A stretch of 64,000 nucleotides of DNA from Planctomycetota bacterium (GCA_050248855.1 JBFWRP010000021.1:19286-83285), one strand, 5' to 3'. Positions 29,884 through 39,929 are shown, counted from the first letter of the stretch. Translations and numbers: made by a program. The notes: generated by a model not told the origin, from the sequence alone.

Positions 29884-31392
29884 ATGGGCCTGCACCGCGT
29901 TCTGGGCTTCGTGGTCTTCCTCTCGTTTCCCCTGCTGGTCGCCTGTGGTGGCGGCGGTGGGGGCGGCGAGCCCGTGCCCGTGGTGCCGACGTCATGGATC
30001 GCCGTCGATCCGGGCCTCGGCTTCGACTACGCGCTGGGCATGGCCGCCGGGCCCGAGGACAGCACCTACGTCACGGGCTGGTTTCCCGGCTCCCACACCT
30101 GGGACCTCGGCAAGCCGTCCGAGCGCATGCGCACGGCCCTCGGCGAGAACGACGGGTACGTGGCGCGCCGCGATGCCTCGGGAGCTCTCGTGTGGTTGCA
30201 GCAGATCCTCGGCACCTCGTTCGTGCAGCCGTCGGAGCCCATCACCCTCGCCGACGGTTCCTGCGTGGTGTTCGGGACGAGCTCGCAGCTCACGATCTTC
30301 GCTGCCGCGGAGGCCGAGCAGACGATCCTGGATGACGTCAACGCCTACTTCTTCGTGGCGCGCTATCTCCCCGACGGGACGCTGGCCTGGGTCCGCAAGA
30401 TCGACGGCGCCGGCGACGTGCGCGATTCGACGCTGTACGCCGACGGTACGTTCTCCGCATGCGGCCTGGGCTCGGGAACCATGGTGTTCGGGGCCGGTAC
30501 ACCCACGGAGACGACGATCGTCTGCCCCTCCGGCTACTCCGACTGGGTTGCCCGCTACGACATCGACGGCAACCTCGTCTTCGCCACGTCGGCCACGAGC
30601 TGCCACGATAGCTCGATCGGTAGCGCGGTGGCGGCCCTGCCGGACGGGACGACGATCGCCGCCGGGTCGTTCACGGGCACGGTCACGATCGCCCCGGGTA
30701 CGGCCGCCGAGGAGACGTTCACGGCGACGGGCTTCGACGACGGCTACGTCGTCCGCCTCGCGGCCACCGGCACGGTCCTCTGGGCCCGCCACCTGGCGGG
30801 CCCGCGGCGCGAGCTGCCGTACGGCGCGGCAGTCGCGCCCAACGGATCGGTGGCGCTCGTCGGGTCCTCCACCGGCGCGACCACGACGATCAACGCGGGC
30901 GAGCTCGACGCACAGACCCTGACCGGGCCCGCGGACGGGTTCACGTTCCTCTGGCGCGTCGATGCCGGCGGAACGCCTCTCTGGACGGCGCAGGTCGACA
31001 ATGCGCAGGGCGCCTTCGTGAACGTTGCGGACGTGGTTGCGTTCCCGGACAGCTCGCTCGGCCTCGTCGGCGCGGGATCGGGCACCGTCACCGTGGATCC
31101 CGGTGGCCCCGCCGAGCTGGCGCTGCCCGCCTTCGATGCCAGCGACATCCTCTTGGTCTTGTACGACGCTTCGGGTGCGCCGTTTGCCGCCCGCCGCGAT
31201 GGAGGTGCAGGGTTCGTCTTCCGCGCCGAGGGCACGACGGCGTATCCCAACGGGTCCATCGGCTTTGCGGGCGCGTTCCAGGCCAGCTTCACCGTGGACC
31301 AGGGCGGGCCCGGCGAAACGACGTTCGCCGGCATCTCCGGCGACGACACGATCGTCATCAAGTACAACCCGGACTTGAGCCACGACGGGTAG
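29884..31392 (+). CDS. Beta-propeller repeat lipoprotein
   Basis: Lipobox LVAC-GGGGG and repeated YVTGxF / FVARYxxDGxLxW units. Confidence 0.8.
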   Translation: MGLHRVLGFVVFLSFPLLVACGGGGGGGEPVPVVPTSWIAVDPGLGFDYALGMAAGPEDSTYVTGWFPGSHTWDLGKPSERMRTALGENDGYVARRDASGALVWLQQILGTSFVQPSEPITLADGSCVVFGTSSQLTIFAAAEAEQTILDDVNAYFFVARYLPDGTLAWVRKIDGAGDVRDSTLYADGTFSACGLGSGTMVFGAGTPTETTIVCPSGYSDWVARYDIDGNLVFATSATSCHDSSIGSAVAALPDGTTIAAGSFTGTVTIAPGTAAEETFTATGFDDGYVVRLAATGTVLWARHLAGPRRELPYGAAVAPNGSVALVGSSTGATTTINAGELDAQTLTGPADGFTFLWRVDAGGTPLWTAQVDNAQGAFVNVADVVAFPDSSLGLVGAGSGTVTVDPGGPAELALPAFDASDILLVLYDASGAPFAARRDGGAGFVFRAEGTTAYPNGSIGFAGAFQASFTVDQGGPGETTFAGISGDDTIVIKYNPDLSHDG

Positions 31393-31413
31393 CAGGCGCT
31401 GCCGGGGGCCCGC

Positions 31414-32538
31414 CTACGATGCGGCGATCAGCTGGTCCCGAGCGTCGTCCGACAGGGTCCACGTCATCGTGAACGGACGCCCCGAAGCGGCCGTGCCCAG
31501 GGCGCCGTTCTGGACGCCGGCCCGCGCGTAGACGTCGCGAAGCAGCGAGACGAACCGCTCGCGCTCGCGCCGCACGCGCTCGAGCGTGCGTTCGCGGATC
31601 TCCTCGGGGGCCAAGCCGCGCTCCCGTTGGGCCGCCACCGCATCGGCGATCGCCCGCGGTTCAGGCGCGGCCGTCACGCAGCACACGCCATCCGCGAAGA
31701 AGTCGCGGCCTCCCCGGTTGGGCGTCGTGACGACCGGGAGGCCGGCGAGCAGGTACTCGACGCAGGAGAACATGGAGCCTTCCGTCTCGGACAGGCAGAG
31801 GCCCACGGCGGCGCGGTTGAGGTGGCGGTTGACCTCCTCGGGCGGGAAGCGCACGGGCCAGCCCGCTGCGTCGTAGGGGTTCAGGAACACGTGCCCTGGC
31901 GCCGCCGCCAGGTGGCGCGCGACCAGCGCCCGCTCCGCGGCCTCGGTCGAGCCGTACGCGTGGCGGCTGCGGTAGAAGAGGAACGCACAGCGCGGGATGG
32001 CCACCGCCAGCTCGTGCCGCTTCCACGGAACGAGCTGGGCGTTGTAGATGGCATCGAACTCGACGCGTGCCTCGGGGAGCGGGCGAAACACGTCCTCGCG
32101 GACGTGGGTGGTCTTGTTGTGGACGAAGGCCGCCTCGCCTCGCGCGCGCAGCAGGGCGGCTTCTTCCTCCGTGCTGCAGACGAACACCAGGCGGTGGTGC
32201 CGGTTGCGCCAGCGATGGAGGATCGCGTACCGGCGCGTGCGTCGCGCGATGGCCTCGTCCTCCAGCGTCCACGTGGGCGACAGGAGGAACCACGCCGGTG
32301 CCTTGCGCATCGCGCGACCCAGCAGGCCGGCGGGGCCCAAGGGCGCATCGGGCACGATGCCGCCGTACACGACCAGCGGCTCGCGGTGCACGATGGCCAG
32401 CGGGACGGGGAACGGGTCCGTCGGCGCGCGCTCGAGAGGCAGCTTGCCCCGGCGCCAGCGCATCCACACGTCATGAAGCTCGCGCGGGGAAGCGCGACGG
32501 AAGCCCAGGTCCTCCAGCCGGCTCGGCGGCCTGCTCAT
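31414..32538 (-). CDS. Glycosyltransferase (GT-B/GT4-like)
   Basis: YNAQLVPWKRHEL and SETEGSMFSCVEYLLAGLPVV (Ex7E). Confidence 0.85.
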   Translation of the reverse strand: MSRPPSRLEDLGFRRASPRELHDVWMRWRRGKLPLERAPTDPFPVPLAIVHREPLVVYGGIVPDAPLGPAGLLGRAMRKAPAWFLLSPTWTLEDEAIARRTRRYAILHRWRNRHHRLVFVCSTEEEAALLRARGEAAFVHNKTTHVREDVFRPLPEARVEFDAIYNAQLVPWKRHELAVAIPRCAFLFYRSRHAYGSTEAAERALVARHLAAAPGHVFLNPYDAAGWPVRFPPEEVNRHLNRAAVGLCLSETEGSMFSCVEYLLAGLPVVTTPNRGGRDFFADGVCCVTAAPEPRAIADAVAAQRERGLAPEEIRERTLERVRRERERFVSLLRDVYARAGVQNGALGTAASGRPFTMTWTLSDDARDQLIAAS

Positions 32539-33098
32539 GCCAGCTGGTCCTGGAGCCAGGCGCGGGCGAAGTACCAATCGCCCTCCGCCGTGCGCTTGGA
32601 CACGCCAGGCGCCTCGGCGATCTCCTCGAGGGTCATCTCGGCGAACAGGCGCAGCTCGACGACGCGTGCCTTGCGATCGTCGAGCGCCGCCAAGCGGTCC
32701 ATGGCCTCGCCCAGGGCGATCACGTCCAGCGGGCTCGGGCCGCCGAGCTCCGGAACGCGCTCGATGGTGATGGCCTCGTGCTCGCCCGTCCGCTTCTTGG
32801 CGTTCTTCCGGCGGGCGTGGTCGACCAGCACCTGGCGCATGACGCGCACCGCGATGGCCAGGAAGTGGGCGCGGTCCTTCCACGTGCTCTGCCGGGTGTC
32901 CACGAGGCGCAGGTAGGCCTCGTGGACGACCGCGGTCGGCTGCAACGTGTGGTTGGCACGCTCGCGGCCGAACTGGCGCTGGGCCACGCCGCGCAGGTCC
33001 TCGTACACGAGCGGGAAGTGCGCCTCGGCCGCGCGGACATCGCCCGCGCCCATCCGACGGAGCGGCGCCGTGATCTCGTCGCGCGGGGTGCCGGGCAT
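32535..33098 (-). CDS. ECF-type sigma factor, TIGR02999 (planctomycete-type) family
   Basis: PLVYEDLR, HTLQPTAVVHEAYLRL, MRQVLVDHAR and DWYFARAWL motifs. Confidence 0.93.
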   Translation of the reverse strand: MPGTPRDEITAPLRRMGAGDVRAAEAHFPLVYEDLRGVAQRQFGRERANHTLQPTAVVHEAYLRLVDTRQSTWKDRAHFLAIAVRVMRQVLVDHARRKNAKKRTGEHEAITIERVPELGGPSPLDVIALGEAMDRLAALDDRKARVVELRLFAEMTLEEIAEAPGVSKRTAEGDWYFARAWLQDQLA

Positions 33099-33128
33099 GG
33101 CGGCACTCTACCTGCGAGCCGCTGGCGG

Positions 33129-33848
33129 GTGGCGCTGAAGGTGCTTCGCGCCGGCCTGTCCGGCCCCGAGATGGCCCGTCGCTTCGAGCGCGAGTGCCAG
33201 ACGCTGGCCCGCCTGGTCCATCCGGGCATCGCGCAGGTCCACGACGCGGGCGTCACGGTGGACGGCCGACCCTACGTCGTCCTGGAGTACGTCGACGGCA
33301 AGCCCATCCACCTCTTTGCGCGCGAACACCGGCTGGACCTCGCGGCGCGCCTCCAGCTGTTCATCGACGTCTGCCGCGCCGGGGAGTTCGCCCACCAGAA
33401 GGGGGTCATCCACCGCGACCTGAAGCCCGGCAACATCCTCGTGACGACCGTGGACGGAGTGCCCCGACCCAAGGTGATCGACTTCGGGATCGCCAAGGTC
33501 GTGGACGACGACGAGGCCGCGCGCGAGTCGTTGACCGAGCTCACCCTGGCCGGTGCCGTCGTGGGGACGCCCGCCTACATGAGCCCCGAGCAGGCGCTGT
33601 CGGGCTCGGACACGCTCGACACGCTCCCGGGTCACCTCAACATCGCGGACGCGAGCGTGGTGCGCAACCGCGAGACGTGGGCGGGCAACGCTTGGGAGGC
33701 GCTGGACGACGGGTACGTCATCCATGCGCCCGTCGGCACGTTCCCGGCCAATCCGTACGGCCTGCACGAAACGTTGGGCAACGTGTGTGAGTGGTGCCTG
33801 GACCGCTGCGGGACGTACGAGGGCCCCGCCCGCGCCATCGAACGCTAG
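33129..33848 (+). pseudogene. Truncated Ser/Thr protein kinase fused to an FGE-sulfatase (SUMF1) fragment
   Basis: VALK, HRDLKPGN, DFG and YMSPEQ are present, but the Gly-rich loop and subdomains IX-XI are missing. It joins to APVGTFPANPYGLHETLGNVCEWCLD and then stops early. Confidence 0.8.
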
Positions 33849-34027
33849 CCGCCCGCCAGCGACTCACGAGGCGCGCGGAGGTGTCTGAACCTGTGCCTCG
33901 GAGCGATAGCGACGGTGGCACGGTGTCAGACACCGCAGTGCGACGGTCGCCGGCGATCGAACCGCGACACTCCCACCCGTCGAGCACGACCCCTACGTGT
34001 CAGTTCTTCATGCCGACGGCAAAGCCC

Positions 34028-34125
34028 GTACGGAGGCGGGCAATTCTTCCGCAACTTGCCGATGGGCACTTCCGCATGCCGAAGCGCAGGGCGGCAAGTT
34101 GCGGAAGAAATCCCCGCCTCCGTAC
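34028..34125. repeat. Palindromic REPIN/MITE-like element, copy 2 (complete, 98 bp)
   Basis: 34-bp terminal inverted repeats with 2 mismatches beginning GTACGGAGGCGGG; loop similar to copy 1. Confidence 0.9.
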
Positions 34126-34509
34126 CGCGTCTCGATGCGCGCGGCACCCCCTCCCATGGAAGCGTGGCTGTTCTGTCCGAGCCCGGACTTCAGGCACCTT
34201 CCATTGCAGGCACCTTGCCCACGTTGCTCCCTCGGTCAACGAGGCGAGTCTCGGATGTGCCTTGCGTTGCCCGTGGAGGGACGACGCTCTCGCTTGCGTT
34301 CCGCGCTCCCGCGCGGACTCGGTGCTCCGGCTTCGCCTGCGCAGCAGGACGGCTATTCCGTACCCCTCCTGCACCTCTCACGGTGCGGCGCCGCGGCAAG
34401 GGTCCAGACACATCCGGGGTCGCGCGCTGTCGTACTGCGAGGCGCGCGGAGGTGTCTGGTCGATCGCGCCGGGAGCGGGGGCGAGGGAAGACGATCCTCG
34501 CGGAGGCCG

Positions 34510-35487
34510 CTAGCGCTCCATGGCCATGCCGGTCGCGCAGATGCTCTGCCCCGCTTGTTGCGCATCCCGAGCGGCTCGCGTGGCCCCACTGGCTTCGCCG
34601 TCGCGCAAGGCCCGGCGGATGCCGATGGCGTCGAGGCGCCGTAGCCGCGGGAGCAGGCGGCCTACACGGACGGTGAAGCGCCGTCGCCAGCCGAGGTGGG
34701 CCGCAAGGCGGCCGAGTCGCTCGCGATCGGCCTCCAAGTTCATCCGGATCAGGCGCGACACGGTGGCCTCACCGGGCTCCATCCACGCGGCCTCGGGCAG
34801 CGCCGGGTTGATCCAGCACGCCGCGACCAGGTCGTAGCCGCGCCGGAAGCGCTCCTTGCGCAGGTCGGGCAGCTGATGCAGCGCGAAGGCCTCGGGGAAG
34901 CAGCGGATGCGATACCCCTGCCGGAGCAGCAGCTGGGCGTGCTGGTAGCAGTTGCAGCGCATGACCTCCAGCGACGGCCGGATCCTGCGTCGCAGCTCCG
35001 CGGGGAAGGCCACGTTGTTCGAGGCGTAGCAGCCGATCGATCCCGAGCCCTCGGGGCTCAGCAAGAACCCGAAGTCGAGTACGCTGCACGCGGCCGAGAG
35101 GGGATCGGAGCCGGCGTAGGTCGTGAGGCCCGCAGCGACGTCGGTCTCGCCGCGGCGCAGGGGTCCCAGCAGCTGCTCGAGCCAGTCGGCTCGCGTAGGT
35201 ACGCAGTCGCCGTCCAAGTAGGCGATGAACGTTCCGCGCGCTTCGTCGGCCGCGAGGTCCTTCAAGGCGTCGTAGCCGGCACCGTCCGCGTAGAGCAGAC
35301 GCAGGCGCGGATGCCTGCCCTTCACCAGGGCCTCGACCCGCGGGTCCGTGCCCGGCGCGAGGACGATTCCTTCGCGGTCGTCGTGCCCCTCGATCAAGGC
35401 CAACACGGTGTTCGTGGCGGTCTCGAGCTCGTCGAGGCCCTGGCCTTCCGCTAGGTTGTAGGCCTCGGTCACGATGGTCACGTCCAT
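34510..35487 (-). CDS. Glycosyltransferase family 2
   Basis: ARGTFIAYLDGDCVP (DxD) and SNNVAF motifs. Confidence 0.85.
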   Translation of the reverse strand: MDVTIVTEAYNLAEGQGLDELETATNTVLALIEGHDDREGIVLAPGTDPRVEALVKGRHPRLRLLYADGAGYDALKDLAADEARGTFIAYLDGDCVPTRADWLEQLLGPLRRGETDVAAGLTTYAGSDPLSAACSVLDFGFLLSPEGSGSIGCYASNNVAFPAELRRRIRPSLEVMRCNCYQHAQLLLRQGYRIRCFPEAFALHQLPDLRKERFRRGYDLVAACWINPALPEAAWMEPGEATVSRLIRMNLEADRERLGRLAAHLGWRRRFTVRVGRLLPRLRRLDAIGIRRALRDGEASGATRAARDAQQAGQSICATGMAMER

Positions 35488-35560
35488 GGGTCGGATTCTA
35501 GGAAGCGTTCCCGCGCCTTGCCTCGCGCGACGCCCAGCCCAGCGTGGCGAGGGGACGTCG

Positions 35561-36244
35561 TCAGCGGCGCCGGGGGGAGGTGCGTGCCTGCCGGATCCGG
35601 TACACGCAACGGTCGTCGTCAGCGAGCAGGTGCTCGATGCGCTCCACCTCGATGCCCGGGCCCAGCGTGCGACGGAAGACCTCGAGCTCGCTCCGACACA
35701 GACCCACGCATGCCGCGGCGGCCTCGCAGATCGGGCAGTGATGCTCGATGAGGAGCCACGAGCGGGGCCCCTCGCGTTGGACTTCGGCCATGTACCCCTC
35801 GCGGGTCCGCTGGCGGGCCAGGGCATCGATGCGCGACCGCAGGCCCCGCGTGGCGGCGGGCATGCGGGCGACGTACTGGCGCACCTGCGCATCGGCCCGT
35901 TGGTCGAGCACGGCGTCCAGGGCACGCTCGCCCAATGCCTCGCGCAGCGCCTGGACCAAGCCGACCGTGAGCTCGCCATGTCGATCCGGGAAGAGGCGCA
36001 GCGCCTGCGCGGTCAGACGCCAGGCCTGGGCGGGGCGCCCGCGCCCGGCGGCTGCCTGGGTCTCGGAGCCCACGAGCCCGAGCGCTTCCAGACGCTTGAG
36101 GTGCTGTCGAACGGCAACCACCGTCAGGTCGAGCTGCTCCGCGATGTCCGCGGGCGTGGCGGGAGCGCAGCGCTTCAGGACATCGGCCACCCGCCGCGGG
36201 CCGGCGCCGGGATCGTCGGGGAGGTCGCCAGGCACGATCGCCAC
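35561..36244 (-). CDS. ArsR/SufR-like HTH metalloregulator
   Basis: VAVRQHLKRLE, GRGRP, EGYMAE, EHHCPI, LCRSELEVF and RCVY (three conserved Cys). Confidence 0.88.
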   Translation of the reverse strand: MAIVPGDLPDDPGAGPRRVADVLKRCAPATPADIAEQLDLTVVAVRQHLKRLEALGLVGSETQAAAGRGRPAQAWRLTAQALRLFPDRHGELTVGLVQALREALGERALDAVLDQRADAQVRQYVARMPAATRGLRSRIDALARQRTREGYMAEVQREGPRSWLLIEHHCPICEAAAACVGLCRSELEVFRRTLGPGIEVERIEHLLADDDRCVYRIRQARTSPRRR

Positions 36245-36265
36245 GATAGGCGCACCCTCTTGAAT

Positions 36266-36285
36266 AGGAAAGTATCTGCTTTCCT
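36266..36285. promoter_or_regulatory. Candidate operator between divergent genes
   Basis: Perfect inverted repeat AGGAAAG-N6-CTTTCCT in an AT-rich intergenic spacer. Confidence 0.6.
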
Positions 36286-36333
36286 TGATCGAGCTGGGGA
36301 AGCACGATGGCCCTCCGCTTGAAAGGAGGCGTG

Positions 36334-36708
36334 ATGCAGCTCGAACACGTGAACCTGACGGTGGCGGACGTGGAGCGCTCGGTCGCGTTCTACGGGCGCT
36401 TGCTCGGCGCCGAGGTGCGCTGGCGTGGCACCACGACCAACGGCAAGCCGGCCGTGCACATCGGTGGGGCGGACTGGTACCTGGCCCTCTTCGAGGGTGA
36501 GCCGGCTCCGGTGCCCATCGACTACGACCGCGTGGGCTACAACCACTTCGGCGTGGTCGTGGACGATCTCGACACCGCGCGGCGAACCCTGGCCGAGCTG
36601 GGCATCGACATCCACTACGAGCCGGAGTACGACCCCGGTCGGCGCGTCTACTTCCTCGATCCCGACGGCTACGAAGTCGAGCTGGTGGAGTACGCCGCGA
36701 AGGTGTGA
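36334..36708 (+). CDS. VOC/glyoxalase-family protein
   Basis: LEHVNLTV, NHFGVVVDD and YFLDPDGYEVELV motifs; AGGAGG RBS. Confidence 0.93.
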   Translation: MQLEHVNLTVADVERSVAFYGRLLGAEVRWRGTTTNGKPAVHIGGADWYLALFEGEPAPVPIDYDRVGYNHFGVVVDDLDTARRTLAELGIDIHYEPEYDPGRRVYFLDPDGYEVELVEYAAKV

Positions 36709-36718
36709 CCCCCGCAAG

Positions 36719-36829
36719 GTACGGAGGCGGGACAAGTTGTTGCACGCACGCGGCGTGAGCGGGCCACGGCCCCCCCCGTGGACACGTCACGCGCGAACGG
36801 AGGTTGCAGCGAGCTTCGCGCCTCCGCAC
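36719..36829. repeat. Degenerate palindromic element with GTACGGAGGCG termini
   Basis: Left end GTACGGAGGCGGGACAAGTTGTTGCA; right end reverse complement GTGCGGAGGCGCGAAGCTCGCTGCA. Confidence 0.55.
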
Positions 36830-37114
36830 GTCCATGGTCGCGACCTCCGGCACGCCCCCCGCCAGCCGCGATGAAGCCGGCCTACCATCGGCCCGGAACC
36901 GAGATGCCCGCGATGGACCTCGAGCGCCGCGTCCCGAAGCGCTTCCCGGCGCTCGAGGAGCCCTCCCCGAAGGCCGCGCGGGAGGAGGCCGCGGCGCTGC
37001 GCGAAGCGCACGCACCCCTGCAGCGGCACGGCGCCGGGGTTGATGCGGGGCTCGACGATCGGGGCGCTGCTCGGGGGCTCAGCGCTCTCCAGCGACTCCC
37101 GCGTCGGCGACGCC

Positions 37115-38734
37115 TCATGCGGGTTCCGGGCCGGCTCCGAGGATGTCCCCGATCACATCGCGCAGCTCGCCCCTGCCGAACGGCTTGGTCAAGGCGCGCG
37201 CACCGGGCAGGATCCGGCCCTGCCGCAGGAGGTCCTCGCGCGAGTAGGCGGACATGTAGACGACCGGCGTGCCCGGCGACCGCGCCCGCAGCTCGCGGGC
37301 GACATCCTCGGCGGCATGCTCGCCGGGCACCATGACGTCGGTCAGCAAGAGCTCGATCTCGTGCGCGCGCTCGCGCACGACCTGGAACGCCTCGTCGGCG
37401 TCGGCGGTGGCGAGCGCCCGGTGGCCCAGCCGCTCGAGGTAGAAGCAGGCCGTGCGGCGCACGAGGGTGTCGTCCTCGAGCACGAGCACGGTGGCGGGCC
37501 CGGCGCGTCGCCGTGGCGCGGCTTCGGCCGGCGCGGCCGAGTCCGCGTTCGTGGCCACCGCGGGCAGGTAGATCCGGAAGCGCGTGCCGAGGCCTGGCGC
37601 ACTCTCGATGTCCACGTGGCCGCCACCGCGCCGGACGATCCCGTACACGGTGGAGAGACCCAGGCCGGTCCCCCGCTCGCCCTTCGTGCTGAAGAACGGC
37701 TCGAAGGCGCGGCTGCGCGTCTCCTCGTCCATGCCCAGGCCGTCGTCGGCCACCTCGAGCACCAGGTGGCGACCGGGCGCGAGGCCCGGGAGGTGGCTCG
37801 CCGTCCCGGCGTCGAGGTCCACGCGCTGCGTCGTCACGGCGAGCCGGCCTCCGCGCGGCATCGCCTCGCGGGCATTGACGACGAGGTTCATCAGCACCTG
37901 CTCCACCGCGCCCGCCGCGAGCCCGACGCCCAGCCCGGGCGCGTCGACCTCCAGGTCGAGCTGGATCTCCTCGCCGAGCAGGCGCCGGAGCAGCCCCTCC
38001 CGTGCGGCGAGCAGGGCGTCCACCTCCACGCCGGCCGGCGCGCGCGGGTCGTCGCGGCTGAAGCTCATGAGCTGCCGCACCACCGAGGCGCCGCTCGCCG
38101 CGGCCTCGCGGATCTCCTCCATGCGCGCGTGCGCGCTGCTCGACTCGGCCAGCCCCCGGACGGCCATCTCGGCGCACCCACCGATGCCCATGAGCAGGTT
38201 GTTGAAGTCGTGCGCGATGCCCGTCGCGAGCCGGCCCACCGCTTCCATTTTCTGGGACTGGCGCCGGCGCTCCTCCATCGCGTCCCGCTCGGTGACGTCG
38301 GTGCCCGCGGAGAGCAGGCCCACGGTGCACCCGTGAGCGTCTTGGAGCATCGTGCCCTGCCACTCGATCATCCGCTCCGTGCCGTCGCGCAGGACGATCG
38401 GGTTGCGGCTCCCGCTCACACGGAAGCCGTCGATGGCCTGGCCGAACAGGGTGCCGATGCGCGCACGGTCGCGCTCGGGCAGGAACGCCTTGAACCAGTC
38501 CCGGCCGCGCATCTCGTCGAGCCGCCAGCCCGAGAGCCGCTCCATGTGCGGGTTGAAGTAGACGATCCGCCTCTCGGTGTCGAGCACGAGCACGATGACG
38601 GGTACGGTCTCGAGGAGCCGCCGGTTCAGCTCGTGCTCGTCCAGCAGGGCCCCGCTCGAGGGGGACGCTCCGGGGAGGCCGGGCCAGCCCGGCTCCCGCA
38701 GGTCGTCGTCCGCCCGCCGCGACACTTCCGACAT
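37115..38734 (-). CDS. PAS-domain hybrid histidine kinase/response regulator
   Basis: PAS domain, IAHDFNNLL H-box, NLVVNAREAM, DDGLGM, GTGLGL, and a receiver domain with LLLTDV and KPF. Confidence 0.95.
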   Translation of the reverse strand: MSEVSRRADDDLREPGWPGLPGASPSSGALLDEHELNRRLLETVPVIVLVLDTERRIVYFNPHMERLSGWRLDEMRGRDWFKAFLPERDRARIGTLFGQAIDGFRVSGSRNPIVLRDGTERMIEWQGTMLQDAHGCTVGLLSAGTDVTERDAMEERRRQSQKMEAVGRLATGIAHDFNNLLMGIGGCAEMAVRGLAESSSAHARMEEIREAAASGASVVRQLMSFSRDDPRAPAGVEVDALLAAREGLLRRLLGEEIQLDLEVDAPGLGVGLAAGAVEQVLMNLVVNAREAMPRGGRLAVTTQRVDLDAGTASHLPGLAPGRHLVLEVADDGLGMDEETRSRAFEPFFSTKGERGTGLGLSTVYGIVRRGGGHVDIESAPGLGTRFRIYLPAVATNADSAAPAEAAPRRRAGPATVLVLEDDTLVRRTACFYLERLGHRALATADADEAFQVVRERAHEIELLLTDVMVPGEHAAEDVARELRARSPGTPVVYMSAYSREDLLRQGRILPGARALTKPFGRGELRDVIGDILGAGPEPA

Positions 38735-39052
38735 CCGCCTCGTTTCGGCCATCCGTCCATGCAGGCGCGGTTCGGCAACGCTGGCCGACCACGCGTCGCG
38801 GCTCGCCAGCCCCCTCGGCCGGCGCGCCATCCACGCCCTGAGTCTAGCGATCGCGCGCAGAGCGCGCCACGGCGCCCGCGTCGCCGGCCATCTCCGCGGC
38901 GGCGCAGAACCACGCCGTCGGCGCGCTCGCCCGCGTCATCCGCGCGCGCCTCCATGGCCGGTCCTCCATGGCCAGGGCTGCGAACGGTTCCCCAGGGCGC
39001 GTGCGTACGGCTCCCCGGTGCGACCCGGGTCCAGCCGCCGACGGCGCGCCAG

Positions 39053-39160
39053 GTCCCGGCCGACGGCCGGCACGCGCCTGACCCCGTCGCGCTCCGTCCC
39101 GATCCCGACGGGCCGGTCGGCGTCGGTGACCGACCACGACGGAGCCGCCCCCGTAGCCCC
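39053..39160 (-). pseudogene. Possible CBS-domain remnant
   Basis: VTDADRPVGIGTERDGVRRVPAVGRD resembles the CBS consensus VVDxxxxVGIVTERDLxxRV. Confidence 0.4.
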
Positions 39161-39195
39161 CTGCAGACAGACCGGAGCCGACGGCTGCGGGACGA

Positions 39196-39762
39196 CTACC
39201 CGGGGGGCAGGTGGTGATGGCGGCCTACCGCACGCACGGACGAGGCCGTGGGCCCCTCTTCGCCTTCGCTCTCGGCGTACCGCACCTCGGTGCCGATCGC
39301 CAGCGAACCGAAGCCGTCGTCGAGGACCGCGTTCGCATGGAAGTAGAGCTGCTCGCCGGACGCGGTCTCGATGAACCCGTGGCCTTGGTCGGGGAAGAGC
39401 CTCACCACGCGACCGTGGGGCGGCGTCTCGTGGTGCTTCACGTCGCCGCGCAGGCGGCGCACATGGTCCTCGAGCTGCCGGCGCGCGATGCGGAAGGCAT
39501 CGTTCAGGGCCGTGTACACGTCTTCGTGGGCGTGCTTCTCCTCGTGGTCGCGGTTCACGACGATGTGCCTCTGAGGTACGGCGAGGTCGATCCGGACCGA
39601 GTAGAGCTTGCCCTGGCGGTGGTGGCGGTGGGGGCTTGCGACGACGATGCGGGCGTTCGTGATGCGGTCGTGGAAGTGGAACAGCCGGTCGGCGAGCTCG
39701 CGCGCATGCGCCTCGACCGCGTCGGAGTGCGGAATCCCGCTGAAGGACACCTGGACGGACAC
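39196..39762 (-). CDS. HPF/RaiA ribosome-associated protein fused to a cold-shock domain
   Basis: QVSFSGIPHSDAV, HRHHRQGKLYSVRIDL, HEDVYTALNDAF, GFIE and YFHANAV; GGAG RBS before the GTG. Confidence 0.92.
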   Translation of the reverse strand: MSVQVSFSGIPHSDAVEAHARELADRLFHFHDRITNARIVVASPHRHHRQGKLYSVRIDLAVPQRHIVVNRDHEEKHAHEDVYTALNDAFRIARRQLEDHVRRLRGDVKHHETPPHGRVVRLFPDQGHGFIETASGEQLYFHANAVLDDGFGSLAIGTEVRYAESEGEEGPTASSVRAVGRHHHLPPG

Positions 39763-39929
39763 GCTGGATCTCCCGGGACATGGCGTCCCGGCCCATCCGG
39801 GGCCAAGACGAGGGTCACGCGCCGCGGCGTCCAGGGGGGCAGGGCCACGCGGATCACACCTGCCCCGAACGGGACCGCCGCAGCGCGTGCGTTGTTCGCC
39901 GTCGGCGTGACGGGCCGGAGCCGACCCGG

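Noticed and set aside
25236..35487. A single polysaccharide biosynthesis locus
   Set aside because: The three glycosyltransferases and the acetyltransferase are scattered among unrelated genes, with no flippase, polymerase or sugar-nucleotide genes.
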